A DNA stretch of 64,000 nt from Candidatus Latescibacterota bacterium (lineage in GTDB: Bacteria > Latescibacterota > UBA2968 > GCA-2709665). Of the stretch, positions 57,460 through 64,000 are shown in pieces. How positions within the stretch are numbered: the stretch's first letter is position 1; each line of letters starts with the position of its first letter. The position numbers were made by a program, and so were the translations under genes. The notes beneath the pieces are model-generated. The model had not been told where the DNA came from. It searched no databases and saw only the letters and a program-made list of their open reading frames with translations. The stretch spans positions 1,888,001 through 1,952,000 of the forward strand of contig CBDCOX010000002.1 in assembly GCA_965219995.1 (NCBI GenBank), written 5' to 3'.

Positions 57460-58434
57460 CTAGCGGGCTTCGAAAAAGAACCGGATTGTATCCCCCTCTT
57501 TCAACATTGCATCGAAGAACTCATGGTCCTCCTCGTTCAGCTCTCCCGCCGACTGCAGGACAATCCGCATATATTGCTCCCTGGTGAGCGTCAGCGTCAG
57601 GTTGTCCCCCTCCACGTCAACCGAGCCTTCCAGTACCAGCCCGTCTTTCTCAATGATCGTCAGCGTGTTGCCGCGGACCGACCAGGTACCCGCATCCGAC
57701 CAGGTACCCAAACTGTCCTGGTCCGCAAACGTGCCGTCCGAATGGAAACTCCTGACCGGAGACCACACGCTGTCGCGGAGGCTGGCCTCCAGTTCGGCCG
57801 TGACTTCCGAGACAACGAGTGCGGCGGTGGCACTATCCACCACGCCCTCCTGCAGGATGGCGGCAATCAGATTCCGGCTTATCGTCTCAACCATATCCGT
57901 TCCAACGTACGCCCACGATCCGACAATACGCAGAGCCGAGAGCGAGACCGTGCCCGTCACAAGAGTCTTTCCGCCAACGTGCAGTTCAACAGTGACCTGG
58001 TAACCGCCATTGACCGGAATACTCGACCAGGTACCCTGTACGGCGCCATCGATAACAGCGCGCGCACGGTAGTAGCCGTTCACGTTGTCCGACCCGATTT
58101 CGATGCGGGCCACGCCCTGTGCATCGGTTACGCCCGACCAGGCAAAATTCGAGGGCTTGCCCGAGATTGACCGTGAAAGCTCCACGGTGACACCGCTCAT
58201 TGGCGCTCCGTCCTTCAGCACGGTGACGCTCACAGCGGCCTGACTCATCGTCCCGCCAACCGCCAGCTTGCCCAGCGGCTGTCCTGCGTGCCCCTGCCGT
58301 GTTGCAGGGTTCACCACATCGGACGCCGGGTCTGCTTCCGGCGCCATGGAAGTGGTTACCCGGTCACCCCCGCAGCCGGATATCGCTGCCGCGGCAATCA
58401 CCAGACATGACACGCTTCGAATTGCGCCAGACAT
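57460..58434 (-). CDS. lipoprotein: unnamed N-terminal beta-rich domain + lipocalin-like domain
   Basis: GGGAGG RBS, ISG-C lipobox; C-terminal IVGSW...FHSDGTF...GTWSVRGNTLTI lipocalin-like pattern. Confidence 0.78.
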   Translation of the reverse strand: MSGAIRSVSCLVIAAAAISGCGGDRVTTSMAPEADPASDVVNPATRQGHAGQPLGKLAVGGTMSQAAVSVTVLKDGAPMSGVTVELSRSISGKPSNFAWSGVTDAQGVARIEIGSDNVNGYYRARAVIDGAVQGTWSSIPVNGGYQVTVELHVGGKTLVTGTVSLSALRIVGSWAYVGTDMVETISRNLIAAILQEGVVDSATAALVVSEVTAELEASLRDSVWSPVRSFHSDGTFADQDSLGTWSDAGTWSVRGNTLTIIEKDGLVLEGSVDVEGDNLTLTLTREQYMRIVLQSAGELNEEDHEFFDAMLKEGDTIRFFFEAR

Positions 58435-58818
58435 CGCGAACCTCCCGTTTTGGATTGTTTCATGAGACAACCGCAGGCATTTCCCGCGGCCATGCGCCCT
58501 TCGACCAACAGCCGGCAACCTCGTGTGACACAATGAAGGCAAGAAACCGGTTCGGCGAATGCAGCCATGTTCTAAGACTCGCGAGACGGGGAATTGTTTC
58601 TGGCCTGGTCCTGTCTTGGCGAAAACTGCGGCAAAAGACGGATGCACCCGGCAATGTGCGGGCGTTCGTCCCTGGACGCCCATGCGCGGAAATGATGAAC
58701 AAAACACTTGACATATTGAGAGAATCCTATTATCTAAACGTCTCGGCACCCATCCGTCAATGAATTCTTATAAATGGCAACTGAGTGGTCGGACCACAAT
58801 AAAAAAGGAGATCGGTCG

Positions 58819-59163
58819 ATGGAGGTTAACACCGAGCGGGACAACGGCACCTTGATCGCGAAGGCGGAAGGTCGCGTCGACGGGTCCAATGCCCGAGAGT
58901 TTGAGGAGGCGCTCGATTCCGCGATCACCCAGCACGAAGATGGTCAGGCCGTAATCGTGGATTTTGAAGGGCTTTCATATATTAGCAGTGCGGGCCTTCG
59001 GGTCATCCTGCTGACCGCCAGAACGCTTCGAAAACAGGACAAGGAGTTCGTAGTCTGCTCGCTCTCTGACCCAATCAGGGAAGTCTTTGAAATCAGCGGA
59101 TTCGACAAGATAATACCGGTTTACGCCTCTAGATCCGAAGCGATGGCAGCAGTTGGAGGATAG
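58819..59163 (+). CDS. STAS-domain anti-sigma factor antagonist (RsbV/SpoIIAA-like)
   Basis: GRVD, YISSAGLRV and VFEISGF motifs; AAGGAG RBS. Confidence 0.95.
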   Translation: MEVNTERDNGTLIAKAEGRVDGSNAREFEEALDSAITQHEDGQAVIVDFEGLSYISSAGLRVILLTARTLRKQDKEFVVCSLSDPIREVFEISGFDKIIPVYASRSEAMAAVGG

Positions 59164-59363
59164 CAACGGGTTGGTCCGGGACTTCTTCAGGGGAGCATAT
59201 GGTGTTCGCTGAAGAAGTACCACGGGTGGAAGTGACATTGTAACCGTACCGGTTTCCCAGGGCGATCACCGGTTCGTCGGCAATACGGCCGGCGTGACCG
59301 CCGTATTGTCCCTGGATAGCCGACGGTTCCGCCTGAATCTCCCGAGAAACTGAAAGGCCGACC

Positions 59364-59639
59364 ATGATCGAAGACCTGCTGCCGATCGGTTTGCTCATCT
59401 TCGTCGCCAAGTTCTTTGAGTGTCTCCTCAGCCGTATCGGACTGAGTTCAATTGTCGCCTGCACGGCGGCGGGGATAATCCTCGGCTCCGTCGCGGGTAT
59501 TGTTGAGCCGGCAAGCAAGCTTCAGATCTTCCTGGGCACCGGCGTCTTCATCCTCTTTTTCCTCGTCGGCCCCGACGAAATAGACATCCCCCGCATTGTG
59601 GCAACCATCCGGGGGCGTTTTTTTTGCAGCTATCCTTGA
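59364..59639 (+). pseudogene. truncated cation:proton antiporter fragment
   Basis: N-terminal TMs resembling a CPA2 antiporter (AGIILG, FILFFLVG.DEID); stops shortly after a T8 run and no remainder follows. Confidence 0.65.
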
Positions 59640-59917
59640 TGTCGGGCTACCCAACGTCGGGAATACCGGTCTGCAACAAGGAGTCACACGATTTCCCCGG
59701 CACCATTACCAGTCACGACGTCGTTGACCTCGTCTTCGTGATGGATGAAATCGCCGGCGAGATGAAGGAAATAGAAAAAAAAACGGCGATTTGACTCCGT
59801 ACCGACTCGCCGTGTCATAAGGGACCGCGAACGAAGCGGGGTACGGATACAATCCGTCAACCCACGTCCGCCGGATTCGGAACTGCGGCAAACCATTCTA
59901 TCCCTGGATATGTCGAA

Positions 59918-61087
59918 ATGTCAGCACTCCCGTACAAGATCCTCGTAGTGGACGACGAGCCCGATCTCGAACCACTCATGCTGCAGCGAATGCGGCGTCC
60001 GATCCGCCGAGGCCGCTATACGTTCGTATTTGCGCATAACGGGATCGAAGCTCTCGAGCGGTTGAACCAGGATGACACCATCGATATGGTGCTATCCGAC
60101 ATCAACATGCCCCAGATGGACGGCCTCACGCTGCTCGAACAGATACCCAAAGTGGACCCGAATATCCGGTCCGTGATCATTTCTGCGTACGGCGACATGA
60201 AAAACATCCGGATCGCGATGAATCGCGGCGCGTTCGATTTCGTCACCAAGCCCATCGACTTCTCGGACCTTCAGGTCACCATTGACCGGACGATGCGCCA
60301 TCTGATCGAATGGCGGGAAGCGCTCGAATCGCGCGACAAGCTTATTGCGCTGCAGAACGAACTCGACGTGGCCAGCAAAATGCAACAGTCGATCCTGCCT
60401 ACGCGGTTTCCCGAAAACCCCACCTATCAGGCATTCGGGAGCATGGAACCGGCTCGAAACGTCGGCGGCGACTTCTTCGACATTATTCGGCTCGAAGACG
60501 GTCGTATCGGCATTGCAATCGCCGATGTTTCGGACAAAGGCGTTCCCGCCGCCCTCTTCATGATGTCGAGCAGAACGGTATTGCGGGGTGCGGCAATCGG
60601 AACCTCAAACCCCGGCGAGGTATTGTTCGAAGTGAACAACTCGCTCTACGAGAACAATGAAGCCGCGATGTTCGTCACCGTCTTCTACGCGGTATTCGAT
60701 CCCGCAAATCGGCAGTTCACATACGCCAATGGCGGCCACAATTCTCCGCTCGTCGTCAATGCGGACGGCGAAGCGACCATGCTGCCCCTCACGGGCGGAA
60801 TCGCCCTTGCCGTGATGCCGGACATCGAATACGGATACAATTCAGTCACACTGGCACCGGGCGATACGGTCGTTCTTTACACCGACGGCGTCACGGAAGC
60901 CATAGACGACGTGGAGGAAGAATTCGGCGACGAACGCCTGCAGAACGTATTCTCGGGCGCGCCCCCGCGGGACGCCAGGGAAGCCAACGGTGCGGTCTTT
61001 GAGGCAGTGAAGCGATTTGTAGGCGACACGCCCCAATTCGATGACATTACCTGCGTTACGTTTCGGTACAGGGGGGAAGAGACGTGA
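59918..61087 (+). CDS. response regulator receiver + SpoIIE/PP2C phosphatase (RsbU-like)
   Basis: ILVVDDE, SDINMP and KP receiver motifs; VGGDFFD, ADVSDKG, YTDGVTE and DDIT phosphatase motifs. Confidence 0.95.
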   Translation: MSALPYKILVVDDEPDLEPLMLQRMRRPIRRGRYTFVFAHNGIEALERLNQDDTIDMVLSDINMPQMDGLTLLEQIPKVDPNIRSVIISAYGDMKNIRIAMNRGAFDFVTKPIDFSDLQVTIDRTMRHLIEWREALESRDKLIALQNELDVASKMQQSILPTRFPENPTYQAFGSMEPARNVGGDFFDIIRLEDGRIGIAIADVSDKGVPAALFMMSSRTVLRGAAIGTSNPGEVLFEVNNSLYENNEAAMFVTVFYAVFDPANRQFTYANGGHNSPLVVNADGEATMLPLTGGIALAVMPDIEYGYNSVTLAPGDTVVLYTDGVTEAIDDVEEEFGDERLQNVFSGAPPRDAREANGAVFEAVKRFVGDTPQFDDITCVTFRYRGEET

Positions 61088-61503
61088 GCGCGAGACAATC
61101 CTTTCGTATCGGCGCGGACCTCGACGAATTGCGGCGGGTTGCGGAAGCTGCCGAAGAACTGGGGTTGCAGGAAGACTGGTCGCCGGCCCTGGTGCACCAG
61201 GTAGATCTCGCCATTGAGGAACTTGGAAACAACATCGTCCGGCACGGGCTCGCCGGCGGTCCCGGAGAGATAGAGATTACATTGACCTCGGACGCCGAAG
61301 CGATCAAGATCGAAATTTCGGACGACGGGCAACCCTTCAATCCCCTTAAAGACGCGCCGAAACCCGATCTGGAAGCCGCACTCGAGGATCGGCCCATCGG
61401 CGGACTCGGCATTCACCTGGTTCTTACGATGATGGACGAGATGCACTACCGGCGAGAGAACGAAAGGAATCACCTGACGCTGGTGAAGCGGAGGGCCGGA
61501 TGA
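61084..61503 (+). CDS. anti-sigma factor Ser/Thr kinase (RsbW-like)
   Basis: EELGNNIVRHG, DDGQPFNP and GGLGIHLV motifs. Confidence 0.93.
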   Translation: MSARQSFRIGADLDELRRVAEAAEELGLQEDWSPALVHQVDLAIEELGNNIVRHGLAGGPGEIEITLTSDAEAIKIEISDDGQPFNPLKDAPKPDLEAALEDRPIGGLGIHLVLTMMDEMHYRRENERNHLTLVKRRAG

Positions 61504-62681
61504 GATTCGCGCGCCGCCGGGTGAAGGGGCTGTTCGTCGCGGTGATCACGACTGCCTCCGTCGTGCATGGAAGCGAATACGAAACCGGTGTCTCCGAAGA
61601 GAGGATTGTCTTCGGACAGTCCGCGGCATTCACCGGACCCGCAGCACAACTCGGCACCGACATGAAACGCGGCATCGAAGCGGCATTTCACGAGATCAAT
61701 CGGCGCGGAGGCGTCCACGGCCGGCGGTTGGAACTTATATCCCGTGATGACGCATACGAGCCGGAAGCAGCCATAGCCAACACCCTTTATCTCATTGAAG
61801 AGGCACGGGTTTTCGCGCTCATAGGCGCCGTGGGTACGCCGACGTCGCGTTCCGCGACCCCGGTCGCAGCCGAGGCCGACATTCCCTATATCGCGCCGTT
61901 TACAGGCGCGGCGTTTCTCCGCAAAGCCAGGTGGAACAACGTAATCAATCTGAGGGCGTCGTACGACCAGGAGACGGAGGAGATGGTCGCTCGCCTGACC
62001 GGCGATCTCGGTATCAAACGTATTGCGGTCCTGTACCAGGACGATTCCTTCGGCAGGGCCGGTTACCACGGCGCGCGTCGTGCCCTCGAACGGCGCGAAA
62101 TGGAAGCCGTGGCCGTGGGGTTGTATCCGCGCAATACCACGGCAGTGAAAACGGCATTGCTCGACCTTCGCATGGCAACTCCCGAAGCCGTGATCCTGGT
62201 GGGTGCGTACGAACCGGTCGCGACCTTTATCGCATGGGCGCGGCACATCGGCTGGGATCCTGTTTTCATTACGATCTCTTTCGTGGGCAGCAATGCGCTT
62301 GCCAGGCAGTTGGGCCCCGCCGGTGCCGGAGTCTACGTCACACAGGTCGTGCCGTTTCCGGATGACGACTACTTCCCTGTCGCCACCGCCTACCGTCGAG
62401 CGCTTTCGGCCTTCGAGCCCGCTGCGGCTCCGGGGTTCGTCTCGTTCGAAGGGTACCTGGCCGGTCGCCTCGCAATCGCGGCCCTCCAGCGCTGTGGCGA
62501 AGAGGTAAAACGGGCGACTTTTCTCAACAGTCTTCGCAGCACCAGAATTGTCGATATCGACGGATTCAAACTGCAATACGGCAGCGAGGACAACCAGGGG
62601 TCGGATGCCGTATTCCTCACCATGATCGGTCGCGACGGCCGCTACTATCCAATCGACAGGCTCCAGGAAGCGGCGCCGTGA
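61500..62681 (+). CDS. LivJ-type periplasmic ligand-binding protein
   Basis: GQSAAFTGP, INRRGGVHGR, DDAYEP and VGTPT motifs; ATGA overlap with the upstream gene. Confidence 0.9.
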   Translation: MRFARRRVKGLFVAVITTASVVHGSEYETGVSEERIVFGQSAAFTGPAAQLGTDMKRGIEAAFHEINRRGGVHGRRLELISRDDAYEPEAAIANTLYLIEEARVFALIGAVGTPTSRSATPVAAEADIPYIAPFTGAAFLRKARWNNVINLRASYDQETEEMVARLTGDLGIKRIAVLYQDDSFGRAGYHGARRALERREMEAVAVGLYPRNTTAVKTALLDLRMATPEAVILVGAYEPVATFIAWARHIGWDPVFITISFVGSNALARQLGPAGAGVYVTQVVPFPDDDYFPVATAYRRALSAFEPAAAPGFVSFEGYLAGRLAIAALQRCGEEVKRATFLNSLRSTRIVDIDGFKLQYGSEDNQGSDAVFLTMIGRDGRYYPIDRLQEAAP

Positions 62682-64000
62682 TCCCTAAACTGAAACAGCT
62701 GCTCAAAGGCCGGTTCCGCATTGCAACACAGCTCTATCTGGGAATCGGGGGCGCGGTCGCCATCACGATGGTCGCGAGCCTGGTCGGGTGGTTCTCATTC
62801 GATCTTGTCGGCGACATCCAGAACCGCGTGAACGAGGGCAGCGTCCCGGAAATGGCCGCCGCGTTCGGCGTCGCCCAGCAGAGCGGCACGCTGGTCGCGG
62901 CGGCGCCCCGTTTGACCGCGGCCGCTACGGTGGGCGATTTCGTTCGGGTCAAGGCGGATATCGCCGCAGAGCGCAGGGCCTTCGAATCACAGTTGGCGGC
63001 TCTGATGCAAAGGGACACCAGGCAGGAAGACGAAGAACGATTCAGCCGAATTCACAGCTATGCCGCCGCGCTGATGTCCAATATCGACGCGATTGAGCGG
63101 GAGGTCGCCGAGTTGTTCGAGGTCAGTGCGCGCAGCGAGGAACTGCGCGGGGAGCTGTCCGTTCTCCGGTCCAAATTGTTCGACATGCTCATCCCGGCCA
63201 TCGACGATCAACTGTTCTACGCGATGACAGGCTATCGTACGATCGGCCAGCCGCCCGTGCCGCGCGAGCGCCATTTTTCAGATGAGGAGTTCGACCGGTA
63301 CCGCCATCTGGCCGATTTAAAGGCCGATGCCACCATTGCAACGCAACTCCTGTCGAGTTCATTCAACCTGTCGGACGCGCTCCTGCTGGAGCCACTGCGG
63401 GAGCGCTTCGAGGCCGCCGCCGGGCGCATCGAGCGCAGCCTTTCGGCACTGGGCACATCTCCGTGGCGCGACCAGATCGCCCCGCACCTGAAGTGGCTCT
63501 TCGAACTGGGTCTGGGCGAAAAGGGCGGGTTCGACCTGATCGTACGTGAGTTCGAACTCACCGACCGGCAGCGGAATCTTCTCCAGGACAACCTGAGCCT
63601 CGAAATCAAACTCGGCGCGGAAGTAGAGGGTCTCGTCAGCGCCGCCCGCGAACGTACGCGAGATGCCACGCGGGCATCCACACAGGCGATCGGAACCGGC
63701 CGAAGCGTTTTGCTGGGACTGAACGTGGTCAGCATCACCGGCGCCCTGCTGATCGCGTGGCTTTTCGTCGGCCGCGTACTATTGCGCCGTCTTGAACGGC
63801 TGTCGAACAGAATGCAGGGGATGGCCGAGGGCGACCTGGAAGCCAAAGTCGAAATCAGCGGGCACGATGAAGTCGCGGATATGGCGGCGGCCCTGGAGGT
63901 ATTCCGGCGGCATGCTCTTGAAGTCCAACGCCTGAACCTCGTTGAAAAACTCGCAGAGGAATTACGTGAGAAAAACGAACAGCTTGAAGCCGTGCTGGAG
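62678..64000 (+). CDS. membrane sensor with TorS-like periplasmic domain and HAMP (truncated by window end)
   Basis: Not in the ORF track because there is no stop in the window. GTG 62678 reads MIPKLKQLLKGRFRIATQLYLGIGGAVAITMVASLVGWFSF..., with a second TM and HAMP (GDLEAKVEISGHDEVADMAAALEVFR) near the end. Confidence 0.85.
   Translation, partial: MIPKLKQLLKGRFRIATQLYLGIGGAVAITMVASLVGWFSFDLVGDIQNRVNEGSVPEMAAAFGVAQQSGTLVAAAPRLTAAATVGDFVRVKADIAAERRAFESQLAALMQRDTRQEDEERFSRIHSYAAALMSNIDAIEREVAELFEVSARSEELRGELSVLRSKLFDMLIPAIDDQLFYAMTGYRTIGQPPVPRERHFSDEEFDRYRHLADLKADATIATQLLSSSFNLSDALLLEPLRERFEAAAGRIERSLSALGTSPWRDQIAPHLKWLFELGLGEKGGFDLIVREFELTDRQRNLLQDNLSLEIKLGAEVEGLVSAARERTRDATRASTQAIGTGRSVLLGLNVVSITGALLIAWLFVGRVLLRRLERLSNRMQGMAEGDLEAKVEISGHDEVADMAAALEVFRRHALEVQRLNLVEKLAEELREKNEQLEAVLE

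Overview
A GC-rich, gene-dense bacterial chromosome segment from a diderm organism (TolC, BamA/TamA-like and beta-barrel proteins, lipoproteins). The gene mix (GWxTD protein, paired ceramidase-like proteins, heparinase-like protein, peptidase-MA/PD40/Omp85 fusion) suggests an FCB-related lineage such as Ca. Latescibacterota; this is inference only. Contents in order: a catabolic cluster (1-8.9 kb); tRNA-Thr(CGT); transaldolase; a short-chain prenyltransferase; a co-oriented minus-strand envelope-lipid cluster (TPR-PPIase, GT4, TolC, IPCT/CDP-alcohol phosphotransferase, MlaC, MMPL, an internally duplicated membrane protein, GMC and Gfo/Idh oxidoreductases); glycerate kinase; a LysR regulator divergent from a short, atypical PurA; two lipoproteins sharing an unnamed N-terminal domain; an Omp85-type gene with a sharp internal codon-usage break; convergent hydantoinase A/B genes; ilvB with an unannotated attenuator; an ECF sigma/anti-sigma/triple Spy-CpxP locus with two matching ECF promoters; and an RsbV/RsbU/RsbW partner-switch module with a binding protein and a truncated TorS-like sensor. 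No CRISPR array, rRNA, transposase, integrase or phage genes were seen. All family calls come from motif recognition by eye; no database searches were run.
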